Shown: positions 38,030 to 52,452, numbered from the stretch's first letter. The stretch is DNA of 64,000 nucleotides from Octopus sinensis (GCF_006345805.1 NC_043025.1:5766001-5830000); one strand, 5' to 3'. Program-made: numbers and translations. Notes: generated from the sequence alone by a model not told the origin.

Positions 38030-38715
38030 GTTATCATTTGAACGTATGTTCTAAGTTCAAATTCTGCTGAGATTGAATTTGCCTTTCATTCTTGCGGGGC
38101 TGATAAAATAAGTACCAGCTGAATAATGGGATCAATATAATTGACAACTCTCCCTTAATATTGCTGGCCACCACCACCACCACCATCGTCATCATCATCA
38201 TCTTCAAAGGATAGAATTTTAGTCACATTCAAGCAGCATAAAAATACCTAGTGGTATTTCTGGCATTGTGCATTCTGAGTTCAAATCCCAAATTTGCCTT
38301 TTATCCTCCTGAGATCAATGAAATAAAGTGCCTACCAAATACCATATTTGATGCTAGTGACTAAACTACAACCCTTCGCTAAATTTATGATTTGATACCT
38401 ATTTTTGAAGTAACCATTATCATTATTATTATTATTATTATTAAAATTTTTTTTTTATCTTCTTCCTTCAAATTTTTTTCCGTTTCTCGCCGAGTGTTTT
38501 CCGTACACCTAGGGCAGAGAAGCTCATTGTATGCATTTCCAGATTACACACGCAAATTCACATGTAAAATATGTATTTAAAAAAATTTATAAATAGATAA
38601 ATTCATGAATGGATGTTGTTTTCACAGTGATAATGCTCTTCTCAGTACATGAGTCGTTCCAGTTAACATGATTTTTTGCACTTCCTGTAGGGATGGTAAG
38701 CCTGGTATCATTTTC

Positions 38716-38749
<34 letters not shown>

Positions 38750-39293
38750 GAGTGAGAGAGCAGTTCATGCCATCAAAGTGACACTGGGGTAAAATATACG
38801 AAGCCCAATATACCCATCATGACTACCCGTCTGATAAGGGTACACCAGGCACATGCATCACAACCATATGTGCGCGACATGGTGATCTCATATCAAGATA
38901 AACAGCACATGACCTTGCAGGTGGGGGCCCAGTTAGAATTTTCTTCAGGTTGAGTAGCCCATCCTGCTCAAAAGGTCCCTGAATAAGGGTTGTTTAAGGA
39001 TGTTGAAAGAACCACCCATGTTTCCAGAGGTGAATTATTCAAGTCCCAAAGAATCCCTCTCAACACATGGCTATGATGCTCCCCCACTATTTCTGCTCAT
39101 GATCAGAGATGCACATATTGTCAGCCACTAAGGGACATGCTCAACTGGTTAAGGTCAAACAACTGACAAGCAAATCTGTGGTATTGAGCAGAATATTTGC
39201 TGTAGCCCATCTTTTATACCAAGACAAAACAATGTACATGATAACACTTCCAATCAGTTAAGATCAGAAGCCATGAGAGCCACTGCCTGGTAC

Positions 39294-39332
<39 letters not shown>

Positions 39333-41639
39333 CATCATATTGCATCAGTTTTTAATCTGATTTTCCATTCAGGTATTGTTTGGACGGGATCCATGTCAAA
39401 CAACACATTTCCATTCATTGTGGCCCTTTGACAGGCTCAACATCCTGAGGTCAGGTCTCAGTCCTTCTGCCTGATTGTTCTTTCATCTTCCTTTTCTGTA
39501 CATTCCTTCCAGTTGAATCTTTGTACACCTTTCACACCCAACAATAATTTTTCCTACACATCAACATTCTATACCTGGTACAGCCATTAAAGTCTTGAAA
39601 TGAATGCTTTGGGGTATCTCTGTACCCTGAATTCAAACCCTGCTGAGGCCCAGTTAGAATTTTCTTCAGGTCGAGTAGTCTATCCCGCTCAAAGGTCCCT
39701 GAATAAGGTTTGTTTAAGGTTTGTTTAGGGATGTTTAAGGATGTTTAAGGTTTGTTTAAGGTTACATCTAATCCTTTCAGAGGGTGATATAAAACTACCA
39801 ATCCAAGGTGATGAACTGGTAGAACCGTTTGAGGGTCAGAAATGATGATGTCTTGTGATATCTGATCTGACTCTTTCCGTTCTGAGTTCAAATCCTACCA
39901 AGGTCAACATTGCAGTTTATCCATTCAGGATCAATAAAAAGTACTACATAAGGGTGGTGGGTTGATGGTCAGGCAAGGTGAGGGTTTGTGGCATCTCTTC
40001 TGGCTTTAGTGTCACGAGTTCAAATCTGGCCAAGGTCAACGTTGCCGTCTTGTCCTTTTAGAGTCGATTTTCTAACAACAAAACCTGTGAAGACTCAGGA
40101 ATCAAGATGTATCAACCAAAGTTGGTAGTCTTTCCCTTGGATGAACATCGGTGCATATAGAAAGGAAACGTGCATACATGGATAAAAGGTAGCCTTCTTC
40201 ACAGGCATTGTGTCCAGGCCTGCGCATAGATATGGGGATACAGCATTTTTAACTGCCATATTTGATGGCATATAACACTCTTATACTCTTTTACTTGTTT
40301 CAGTCATTTGACTGTGGCCATGCTGGAGCACCGCCTTTAGTCGAGCAAATCGACCCCGGGACTTATTCTTTTGTAAGCCTAGTACTTATTCTATCGGTCG
40401 CTTTTGCCGAACCGCTAAGTGACGGGGACGTAAACACACCAGCATCGGTTGTCAAGCATTGCTAGGGGGACAAACACACACACATATACATATACATATA
40501 TATATATATCACGTAATCACGTGACCGACCAGACCATCAGATGTAGTTACACATCGCTGGTCACAATGCGTTCACATTGTTTTAGCCTTCGAATGACGCC
40601 ACTCCGCTGGCTAAGCGAGCAGGCCGATATATATATATATATATATACATATATACGACAGGCTTCTTTCAGTTTCCGTCTACCAAATCCACTCACAAGG
40701 CATTGGTTGGCCTGGGGCTATAGCAGAAGACACTTGCTCAAGATGCCACGCAGTGGGACTGAACTCGGAACCATGTGGTTGGTTAGCAAGCTACTTACCA
40801 CACAGCCACTCCTGCGCCTAACAAATACATTTTTCAAAGAAAAAATCTAAAAAAATTTTTTTAAATGGCCCCGAATCTTATATGTGAAGTTGGGGCTTCT
40901 GTAAGTTTTAATGCATTAAAGACACTTTTCTTGAATATGCACTGCTTAAATTGGAGTGTTTCAAAAATTGTCACTGCACCTTTTATGTGATCAAAAATGG
41001 GACTTATGTATTTTTGGTAAAGAGCTGTCATGATTTAAATGGCCACCTCAATAGAAGTAGGAAGAGGTGCTTGCAATGATGGTGGTAGCAGTAGCCTTGA
41101 TATTGTAAACAGCCAGGTCCGCGCCCCCAAATTATTTTGAAACACAAAAATTGCAAAAACAAAACACCAGACAATGTAACTAACAAACAAACAGAGAGAG
41201 ATCTTCAAGATTACGCACAGTTGTTGTTCAATGGAAGAACACACAGAAAAAAATGAAACATGGACATTCATAAAAATAGCATTAAAGGCATTAATTTGAA
41301 TGGAAAATCCACTTCATACAATGATGGCAATTACAATCATATTCTGTCTTTTGCAAATACTGGGTGGCAGAAGTGACTCAACTTGAGCCAGCATAAAAAA
41401 AAGAGAGAAGGAATGGTTGAGTTACATTACAAATGACAATACCTCCTTGCCCCATCGAATTCATACAGGAAACAGTGAAAAAAAGATGACATATCTCTAC
41501 TTTAAAACAAAGAAGCATTTGGAGTTTTAAATTCTACTGTCTTTGGCTCTTGTCACCAATAAAAGAAATTATTATTATTATTATTATCATTATTATTATT
41601 ATTATCATTATTATTATCATTATTATTATTATTATCATT

Positions 41640-41990
41640 ATTATTCTATGTTTGACTTTTGCTTTATATTTGTACAAGTTGGCTCCAAGTTTCACCCAGA
41701 GACCTCAAGAGACAACAGGTTGGAAGTTCATGTTGTTGTTATGCCTAGGGTGCCATATATTTGGGTTTTTAAAAAATTTTTTGGTGTTGTACTAGTGAAT
41801 GACTAAAACATAGAAAGTATTTTGCGTAGGATATGAGCAGTTTCCATGAGCACTATCTTTTGAATTTCTGCCATTTTGGGGTTTCCTGGTATCTGAGTTA
41901 GGTAGCAATCAGCCCCTTTTGCTATCATTCCCAGGGCACCTATGACAACAAGTGTTGTTTTAGTCTTCAGGTTCCACATTTTGCTGATAT
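41640..41990 (-). mobile_element. RLE LINE 3' fragment; related UTR at about 9050-9190 (+)
   Basis: ISKMWNLKTKTTLVVIGALGMIAKG...AHILRKILSM, TAA-flanked. Confidence 0.82.
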
Positions 41991-41992
41991 TA

Positions 41993-42035
<43 letters not shown>

Positions 42036-42745
42036 CATTATTATTATTGTTATATTTCATTGTAGAATGAGGATTTAAAATACTGGTTTTGTTGTTTTTT
42101 TACTTTGTGTTAACTGTCAAGCCTTAAAAAACTTTAAGTGAAGAAGTCCTTTCCTTAGTATATGTGCTGTTCCATGGAGGGAAGATTTCCGAGGAGGGAA
42201 GGTGCACATTATTATTTTTATTGTTGCCGCTGTCACTGACATATCTATGAGCAGATATGGTTTGATGATGTGATTATTTTTAACAATAATATCTGATCTA
42301 CTGCCTGAATAGCACAACCAGTTTGAATACTATTATTATTATTATTATTATTATTACTATTATTATTAATTCGAATCGAAATTGAACCAATCCTATGACT
42401 GGCACCCGGCAGATGCCAGGACCCCTGGACTGGTGGTACGTAAAAAGCACTATCTGAATCGTGGCTGATGCCAGCGCCGCCTCGACTGGCTTCCGTGCCA
42501 GTGGCACGTAAAATTCATCAATCCGACCGTGGCCGTTGCCAGCCTCGCCTGGCACCTGTGCAGGTGGCACGTAAAAAGCACCCACTACACTCACGGAGTG
42601 TTTAGCGTTAGGAAAAGCATCCAGCTGTAGAAACATTGCCAGATAAGACTGGAGCCTGGTGCAGCCTTCTGGCTTCCCAGATCCCCGGTCGAACTGTCCA
42701 ACCCATGCTAGCATGGAGAACGGACGTTAAACGATGATGATAATG

Positions 42746-42780
<35 letters not shown>

Positions 42781-43339
42781 CATTAAGTGAGAGAGCAGTT
42801 CATGCCATCAAAGTGACACTGGGGTAAAATATACGAAGCCCAGCATACCCATCATGACTACTCGTCTGATAAGGGTACACTAGGCACATGCATCACAACC
42901 ATATGTGCGCGACATGGTGATCTCATATCAAGATAAACAGCACATGACCTTGCAGGTGGGGGCCCAGTTAGAATTTTCTTCAGGTTGAGTAGCCCATCCC
43001 GCTCAAAAGGTCCCTGAATAAGGGTTGTTTAAGGATGTTGAAAGAACCACCCATGTTTCCAGCGGTGAATTATTCAAAGCCCAAAGAATCCCTCTCAACA
43101 CATGGCTATGATGCTCCCCCACTACTTCTGCTCGTGATCAGAGATGCACATATCGTCAGCCACTAAGGGACATGCTCAACTGGTTAAGGTCAAACAACTG
43201 ACAAGCAAATCTGTGGTATTGAGCAGAATATTTGCTGTAGCCCATCTTTTATACCAAGACAAAACAATGTACATGATAACACTTCCAATCAGTTAAGATT
43301 AGAAGCCATGAGAGCCACTGCCTGACATTGCATCAGGGC

Positions 43340-43370
<31 letters not shown>

Positions 43371-43394
43371 TTTATTATCATTATCATTATTATT

Positions 43395-44450
43395 TGATGA
43401 GAACTCTCAGCTTATTTTGCTGGGTATGATGGAAAGTGTCAGCTGTCCACAGCCAGCAGACTAAGGTGACACCTGTTTACTGGTTATGCTTCAAGAACCC
43501 TGCAAAGAATTCTTGCGGTTCCAAGCAGTGCTTATTTGTAGGGGTTCTACCTTCACACTTGCGCCGGTCTTTTTGAGCCATGTTGGTAGTTGAGTGTTGA
43601 TACTTCCAAGTGGACCAATTACCTATTGGTATCCTGTCTACTCTCTTCATTGACCACGACCTTTGTATTTCCCACTTTAAATCATTGCAATTCTTCAGTA
43701 TTTCTTCTTCTTTCTCTTTGATCCTGTTGTCACCGGGACATGCTATGTCGATTATCATGCTTGTTTTTCTTTTTTACTCAACACAACAATGTCCAGTTTC
43801 TGATGTCTGGTTAAGTGATCACACTAGATCATTGCATCCTACAGGATTTTTGCAATTCTTGTTCTCAGTGACTCCTTCTAGGGTTTGCTCATACCACGGC
43901 TTTTTCTCTTTGTAGGCTGTGATTTCCATTGAGCTTCCAATGGATCATTCTTGCCACATTGTCATGGCATCTTTTGTATTCACGTTTTGCCAATTTCAGG
44001 CATTCTCTAACAATGCGCCATATTGCTTCACCCCTCTCACCACATATTCTGCATTTATCACTATTGGTTGTCTTTGTCTATTCTACACTTCACACAGTTG
44101 ATCCTTAATGCTTGGTCGTGAGCTGCACACATGAATGCTTTTGTCACTATCTTCCTGTTACTCCTCATTCATAGCCACTGGTCCTTTGTATCTGTTTCGG
44201 TGTTCACATCTCTTGCAAACTGACTGTACATTTTATTATTATTATTCTTTGATGAAAACTCAGTTTATTTTGCTGGGTATGATTGAAAATGTCAGTTGTC
44301 CACTGTCAGCAGACTAATGTGACACTTGTTTACTGAGCATGCTCCAAGAACCCTGTAGAGAATTCTTGCAATTCCAAGCAATGATGATTTTTGTGGGTGT
44401 TCTTTACATTGGTTCCAATCTTTTTTGAGCCATGTTGTTAGTTGGGTAAT
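43395..44450 (-). mobile_element. RLE (R4/Dong-like) non-LTR retrotransposon 3' fragment plus a second tandem 3' end
   Basis: Frameshifted zinc-knuckle and endonuclease remnants (KCRICGE..., IIDIACPGDNRIKEKEEE...DLKWEIQR), with a (TAA)n tail. Confidence 0.85.
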
Positions 44451-44461
44451 TATTATTATTA

Positions 44462-44531
<70 letters not shown>

Positions 44532-45209
44532 TACTGATTTTACTGAGGTTCAGTTTTATTCCTGGCAGAATTTATGTGGTTAGTAGGCTACTACCTGTAA
44601 CCTTAGGTATCCACAAGCTTTCAATAGTCTTTCAAGTGATAATCTTTTCTGCCCTTAAGAGGCAAACTTTCTGTAAAGCTCTACAGGTGATCCCATTCCA
44701 ATCTGCTTCAACCATTTGTATATATCCTTACAATTCCCAATGTACTCCCTTATAAAAATGGATATTTTGGATAATACAGTTCTTAATACTCTTCAACCTC
44801 CCACCCCCGCCCCAAAAAAAACAGGCTGGTCATAACTGGAATGTTATTGATTATAAGTCTGATGAATCAGGGCTGACCTGGGGTTAAGAAACAACAAAGA
44901 GAGATAATATAATCCTTGATATACTATGTCTGACAATAAGACAGAATGATCATAACTGGGACACATAGGTCTCCTGGATCAGAATTGACCTGGGTCTAAA
45001 CTAAACAGCAAAGGAAAACATTAGATAATGGAGTCCTAGATATGCTATGTCTGACTATAAGACAGGATGGTCACAGCCGGAAATCCTAAGATCATAAGTT
45101 TGCAAGGTCAAGTTTATGTTTACTGGGGCTAAGCAACAACAATAACAAGGAAGGACACATTAGATAATGTAGTCCTAGATACACTATGCCTGAATAAAAT
45201 ACCAAATAG

Positions 45210-46035
45210 TCAGAGACAGAACACCTTGGATCAGAGATATACTGGATCAGACTTCTACTGGATTAAAGATCTGCTAGATCAGAAATGTGCTGGATCAGAG
45301 AACCTCTGGATCAGAGATCACCTGGAACAGGGATCTACTAGGTCAGAGATGTGCTGGATCAGAGATCTACTAGATCAGAGATGTACTGGATCAGAGATCT
45401 GCTGGATCAGTGATGTACTGGATCAGAGATCTGCTGGGTCAGAGGTGTTGGATCTGAGATCTTCTAGATCAGAGATGTGCTGATTAGAGATCAGCTAGGT
45501 CAGATGTGCTGGATCAAAGATCTACTAGAACAGAGATGCGCTGGATCAGAGATCTGTTAGATCAAATATCTAATGGATCAGAGATCTGCTAGGTCAGAGA
45601 TATGCTGGATCAGAGATTTGCTGGATCAAAGATCGGCAAGTTCAGAGATCTACTGGATTGGGGATCTGCTAGATCAGAAATGTGCTGGATCAGAGATCTT
45701 CTAGGTCAGAGATGTGCTGGATCAGAGATTTACTGGATTGGGGATCTGCTAGATCAGAAATGAGCTGGATCAGAGACCTGCTAGGTCAGAGATGTGCTGG
45801 ATCAGAGATCTTCTAGGTCACAGATGTGTTGGATCAGAGACCTTCTAGGTCAGAGATGTGTTGGATCAGAGTTCTGATGGATCAGAGATCAGCTAAGTCA
45901 GAGATGTGCTGGATCAGAGATCAGCTAAGTCAGAGATATGGTGGATCAGAGATCTGCTAAGTCAGAGATGTGGTGGATCAGAGATCAGCTAGGTTAGAGC
46001 TGTGCTGGATCAGAGATCTTCTAGATCAGAGATCT
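45210..46035. repeat. 16-bp GATC-rich minisatellite with a 32-bp higher-order alternation
   Basis: gagatgtgctggatca / gagatctgctaagtca. Confidence 0.92.
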
Positions 46036-46141
46036 GATGGATTGACTTGGAGTGAAATAACAAGAAGAAGGAAAGACTGATACATTAGATAACATACTCC
46101 AAGATACACAACACAAGATAATAACTGTTTTGCATACTTAC

Positions 46142-46390
46142 AGGGATCTCTGGAAAGTTCCTTCTCATTGGGTGGTATTGTGAATTGGATGATGGGATTT
46201 GGTGCAAAACATCGATGAACACATTGCTGCTCACTATTAAAGTTGTTGTCGTTTCCATGACAACCAGTGTAGTAGAATTTCTGACAACTCACTGTCTCGT
46301 GGTCGAAGTACCATCGTAGTTGCCTGGCCCGGCAGTTTCCTACAGCCTTTGGCAGTTTACACACATCATCTGCTGCTGTTGGAGTTGTTG
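46142..46390 (-). CDS. PAPLN: Papilin-like exon, Kunitz domain 2 (DVCKLPKAVGNCRARQLRWYFD...FYYTGCHGNDNNFNSEQQCVHRC) plus linker
   Basis: 249 nt, phase 1-1, tttcag| acceptor and |gtaagt donor, Kunitz pattern. Confidence 0.92.
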
Positions 46391-46416
46391 CTGAAAGAGG
46401 ATACAAATACACATAT

Positions 46417-46499
<83 letters not shown>

Positions 46500-46540
46500 A
46501 TATATATAGTTTTTTATTCTCTTATTCTTATTTTTTTATT

Positions 46541-47475
46541 GTCCACAAGGGAAAATAAACATAGAGGGGACAAACAAAAACAGACAAAGGGATTAAGTCA
46601 ATTACATCGATCCCCAGTGCGTAACTGGTACTTATTTAATCGACTCTGAAAGTATGAAAGGCAAAGTCGACCTCAGCGGAATTTGAACTCAGAACGTAGC
46701 AGCAGACGAAATACCTATTTCTTTACTACCCACAAGGGGCTAAACACAGAGAGGACAAGCAAACGGATTAGGTCGATTATATTGACCCCAGTGTGTAACT
46801 GGTACTTATTTAATTGACCTCGAAATGATGAAAGGCAAAGTCGACCACAGCGGAATTTGAACTCAGAATGTAGCGGCAGATGAAATACCCATTTCTTTAC
46901 TACCCACAAGGGGCTAAACACAGAGAGGACAAACAAGGAGAGAAAAATGGATCAAGTTGATTACATTGACCCCAATGCGTAACTGGTACTTATTTAATTG
47001 ACCCCGAAAGGATGAAAGGCAAAGTCGACCTCGGCGGAATTTGAACTCAGAACGTAGCAGCAGACGAAATACCTATTTCTTTACTACCCACAAGGGGCTA
47101 AACACAGAGAGGACAAGCAAACGGATTAGGTCGATTATATTGACCCCAGTGCGTAACTGGTACTTATTTAATTGACCTCGAAATGATGGAAGGCAAAGTC
47201 GATCTCGGCAGAATTTGAACTCAGAACGTAGTGGCAGATGAAATACCCATTTCTTTACTACCCACAAGGGGCTAAACACAGAGAGAACAAACAAGGACAG
47301 ACAAACGGATTAAGTCAATTATATCGACCCCAGTGTGTAACTGGTACTTATTTAATCGACCCCGAAAGGACGAAAAGCAAAATCGACCTCGGCGGAATTT
47401 GAACTCAGATTGTAGCGGCAGACAAAATACTGCCAAGCATTTCGCCCGGCGTGCTAACGTTTTTGCCAGCTCGCC
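46541..47475 (-). mobile_element. SINE family B: one head plus five tandem ~178-bp bodies
   Basis: Junctions near 46714, 46889, 47072 and 47247. Other copies near 8395-8870, 21496-21720, 22170-22310, 31450-31890 and 35690-35900. Confidence 0.88.
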
Positions 47476-48792
47476 ACCTTTAAATGTAGTCTCGCTGCCT
47501 TTCAATATAGTCTTCTATTCTCTTATTCCTTTACTGGTTTCAGTCATTTGACTGCGGCCATGCTGGAGCACCACCTTTAGTCGAACAAATTGACCCAGAA
47601 CTTATTCTTTGTAAGCCTAGTACTTATTCTATCAGTCTCGTTTGCTGAACCACTAAGTTATGTGGATGTAAATACACCAGCATCGGTTGTCAAGCAAAAT
47701 TGAATGGACAAACACAGACACAAATACACACACTCTTTTACTCTTTCTTTTACTTGTTTCAGTCATTTGACTGAGGCCATGCTGGAGCACCGCCTTTAAT
47801 CGAGCAACTCGACCCCGGGACTTATTCTTTTGTAAGGCCAGTACTTATTCTATCGGTCTCTTTTGCCGAACCGCTAAGTAACGGGGGACATAAACACACC
47901 AGCATCGGTTGTCATGCAATGCTAGGGGGACAAACACAGACACAAACACACACACGCATATATATATATATACATATATACGACGGGCTTCTTTCAGTTT
48001 CCATCTACCAAATCCACTCACAAGGCTTTGGTCGGCTTGAGGCTATAATAGAAGACACTTGCCCAAGGTGCCATGCAGTGGGACTGAACCCGGAACCATG
48101 TGGTTGGTAAGCAAGCTACTTACCACACAGCCACTCCTGCGCCTATATAATACACACCCACATAATACATATATGATGTGCTTCTTTCAGTTTCCGTCTA
48201 CCAGATCCACTCACAAGGCTTTGGTCAGCCCGAGGCTATAGTGGAAGACACTTGCCCAAGGTGCCACGCAGAGGGACTGAACCCGGAACCACGTGTTTGA
48301 GTAGTAGTAGTAGTAGTAGTAGTAAGGAGAATAGCATTAAGTATGGTACTTTTGAATCAGGTGGGGTTTCTAAAAGCTGTATTATATCTACTAGGGAGAT
48401 TGGGATGAGATTAAGGGGCATAGATCATAGGGTCTGAAACAGATATCAGAGCTTAGCACAGTCCCCTGGCTCTTATGATCTCGTTGAACTGTCCAACACA
48501 TGTCCAGTATGGAAGATGGATGTGAAATGATGATGATAACGATGATACATTATATTACATTCATAAACATGTGTGCACAAATGTATAGGCATATCAAGCC
48601 AATGTTTCACTCCCTGCTGCTTGTCTTTTGATCCTCAGTCAGTATTTTTAGCTTTATTACTGTTGGCATTGCTGCATATAATGGTAGTTCCCAGGTGTCA
48701 AAACCATAGTGGTATGCAATAGGCAGCTGCTGATGGGAACCTGTTTGATATGCTTGTTTGTGAATCTTATATATATATTCGTGTCACAACCT

Positions 48793-48836
48793 GGGACCTT
48801 GAAGACTGCTTAAATGCAAGAAAGTATACTAGTCCC
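48793..48836 (+). ncRNA. Decayed minimal hammerhead motif (family D)
   Basis: GGGAC-C-UUGAAGA-CUGC/GCAA-GAAA-GUAUAC-UA-GUCCC: stem I GGGAC/GUCCC, palindromic stem III AGUAUACU, one extra nt in the core. Confidence 0.5.
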
Positions 48837-49391
48837 TTAATATTTTATATTCAATATTTCATCTATTCAATAAGACAATCAATACTTCATTTCATTTTAC
48901 TATAGATATATCATTTATACTATATATTCTATATTCTACATTAATATTATAAAGAATATAAGTAAAACATAAAATACAGAGTTGGAATTCTTTTGAAATA
49001 TATATATATATATTCATATATTTATATTTGTATTTATTTATATTCACTTATACATACTGTACTTATTGTATCATATTACTCTTTCATGTACATTGTTTTG
49101 TTCTATATCATTATGTTTGACCTTAATGTTCATATGTAGTGGTTTAATAAATTATGTGATTGGGTATTATCTGGTAGTTGATTATTGATTAAGGTGTATT
49201 TCTCCATTTTCTTATTTTGTATTATGAATTTGTGGTAAAACATTTTATCTTTGCCCATATAATACAATAAATGAATTAATTGCATTGCAGTTCTTAACAT
49301 TTATGTATTAACTTTGTTGGGTGCTTTACTAGCAGTATATTGGATATATGTTATCCCATGGAGGGTTGCACTTACAACCCCTATCTCAATT

Positions 49392-49428
<37 letters not shown>

Positions 49429-49660
49429 TTATAAATCAAGTAAAGGTAATAAACCTCATTAAGGGATCATAAATCCAATGAAAATACTGGTTAGTTACCA
49501 ATCTATGGAAAGATCAACTATAAGGTAACCATATAAACCATGATTCATATATTTATATATTTAAAGAATATGGGGAAAATGTAGAGGTAATTGATAAAAT
49601 TATTTATTAATTATAACATATGACAACATCTCTGACAGCTGTTTCGATTCAGAAATCTTT

Positions 49661-50348
49661 AGATCTTTTCAGTTTGACTGGCAGTTTTTTCTAGTGGTGT
49701 CATATGAAATTGTCACCCATAATTATGACCTTAGTATCGATCTATTGCATTTCAATCTGTTTTAGGGTTAGGGGGAAAGGTATCTTTTTTTCTTCAGAAA
49801 TGTAAATAAACCCAATCTGTTTCTTAAACGAGGGACATATTCATACGGCACAGAATGTTTTTTTTTACCTCAATGGACGTCATTGATTGGTTGAAATTGC
49901 AGAAATTGAAGAAAAATACAACAACAAATATCTTACAAACTATAGAATTTTCTCAATAAAGCCAAGAGAAAAAAGATGTTTTATAAACACATTCTACCAG
50001 TAAACGAAGCTTAAAATTTTTTAGTTACGTGGAAATTATTTTAAAAAACTGCCGGTCAAACCAAAAAGATCCCTTTTTCTTCAGAAATGTAAATAAACCC
50101 AATCTGTCTCTTAAACGAGGGTCATATTCATATGGCACAGAATGTTTTTTACCTCAATAGACGTCACTGATTGGGTGAAATTGCAGAAATTGAAGAAAAA
50201 AACCCAACAAATATCTTACAAACTATAGAATTTTCTCAATAAAGCCAAGAGAAAAAGATGTTTTATAAACACATTCTACCAGTATACAAAGTTTAAAATT
50301 TTTTAGTTACCTAGAAATTATGTTAAAAACTGCCGTCCAAACCGAAAA
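49661..50348. mobile_element. MITE with an internal ~280-bp tandem duplication
   Basis: TIR-like gatcttttcagtttgactggcagtttt / aaaactgccggtcaaaccaaaaagatc; 49785-50070 is repeated at 50073-50345. Confidence 0.65.
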
Positions 50349-51124
50349 TAGAATTAAAATCATTATAAGATGAATCTCTTCAGATGTAATAAAGATATAC
50401 TGATTAGAAATACATGTTGAGATAACGACTATAAAATCGTTAACTGATAGCATGTATCAGCTGGTATTAGAAGGGCTCAATCTAAGATAGGGGGAGAAGG
50501 TAGTGTGTATTATGGAAGCACTCCGTTGGTTACGACAATGAGTGTTCCGGTTGATCCGAATCAACGGAACAGCCTGCTCATGAAATTAACGTGTAAGTGG
50601 CTGAGCACTCCACAGACATGTGCACCCTCAACGTAGTTCTCGGGGATATTCAGCATGACACAGAGAGTGACAAGGCCGGCCCTTTGAAATACAGGTACAA
50701 CAGAAACAGGAAGAAAGAGTGAGAGAAAGTTGTGGTGAAAGAGTACAGCAGGGATCACCACCACCCCCTGCCGGAGCCTCGTGGAGCTTTAGGTGTTTTT
50801 GCTCAATAAACACTCACTACGCCCGGTCTGGGAATCGAAACCGTGATCCTACGACCGTGAGTCCGCTGCCCTAACCACTGGGCCATTGCGCCTCCACTAG
50901 TGTGTATTATACTCTTTTACTTGTTTCAGTCATTTGACTGTGGCCATGCTGGAGCACCGCCTTTAGTCGAGCACTCGACCCCGGGACTTATTCTTTTTGT
51001 AAGCCCAGTACTTATTCTAACGGCCCCTTTTTGCCGAACCGCTAAGTGACGGGGACGTAAACATACCAGCATCAGTTGTCAAGCAATGCTATGGGAACAA
51101 ACACAGACACACAAACACACACAT

Positions 51125-51159
<35 letters not shown>

Positions 51160-51738
51160 ACAGGCTTCTTTCAGTTTCCGTCTACCAAATCCACTCACAA
51201 GGCTTTGGTCGGCCCGGGGCTATAGCAGAAGACACTTGCCCAAGATGCCACGCAGTGGAACTGAACCCGGAACCATGTGGTTGGTTAGCAAGCTACTTAC
51301 CACACAGCCACTCCTGCACCTTATATGTATTAAAGAAAGAAAAGAAGAGGTTAATATAATATAAAAGGGTATTGAGAAGGAGAAAAAGGAAAGAAAAAAG
51401 GGAAGCAGAGAAATGCAGGTAAGTCTGGAGTCTGGTGCAACTCTCAAGCATACCAGTTCCAGTCAAACCCTCTAACCCATGCCAACATGGAAAGTGGACA
51501 GTAAATGATATGATGATGATATAGATATTTATACACACACACACAAATATAGACACACACACACATATACTCAAATATATATATATACACCCACACACAA
51601 ATATATATATACACACAAAGATATATATATATATATAATGTGATAATTAAAAATATAAAAATAAAAAAATTGTCTGACAGCGCCCCGCGTCAGGTTCGTT
51701 TCGATTTGTTGGTTCGTTCCACTTCTTGTCTCCATTCA

Positions 51739-51781
<43 letters not shown>

Positions 51782-51954
51782 CAAATATATATACACACAC
51801 CCACAAATATAGACACACCCACACACAAATATATACATATATATATATAATATATATATATATAATATATATATATATATATAGACATACACACAAATAT
51901 ATATACACACACACAAATATAGACACACCCACACACAAATATATATTATATATA

Positions 51955-52001
<47 letters not shown>

Positions 52002-52027
52002 TATACAAAATATAGACACACACACAA

Positions 52028-52058
<31 letters not shown>

Positions 52059-52187
52059 CACACACAAAGATATATACATACACACACAAACACACACACA
52101 CTCACATACAAATATATATATATACACACACACTCACACACACATACAAATATATATATATACACACACACTCACACACACATACAA

Positions 52188-52219
<32 letters not shown>

Positions 52220-52452
52220 GCACACACACTCACACACACACACGCACACATATATATGTTATTATATTTCATGATGGCCATTTTTTTTTTGTTTGCCAAA
52301 TAAACACATGCACTATATATACACATCCATTCTTCCCTCATATACACACACGTGCGTCTGCAATGTTTCGGACACGTGACTCAGCATGTGTCCGCATGTG
52401 TATGTTTACATGTGCGTGGATGCATGTATGCGTATAACACCAAACTACTCAC

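Noticed and set aside
39340-39460. Possible + strand exon (ttccattcag|...|gtcagg)
   Set aside because: No recognisable translation or partner exons.
45226-45483. 85-aa ORF in the GATC minisatellite
   Set aside because: A 16-bp unit is not a codon multiple, so the frame is incidental.
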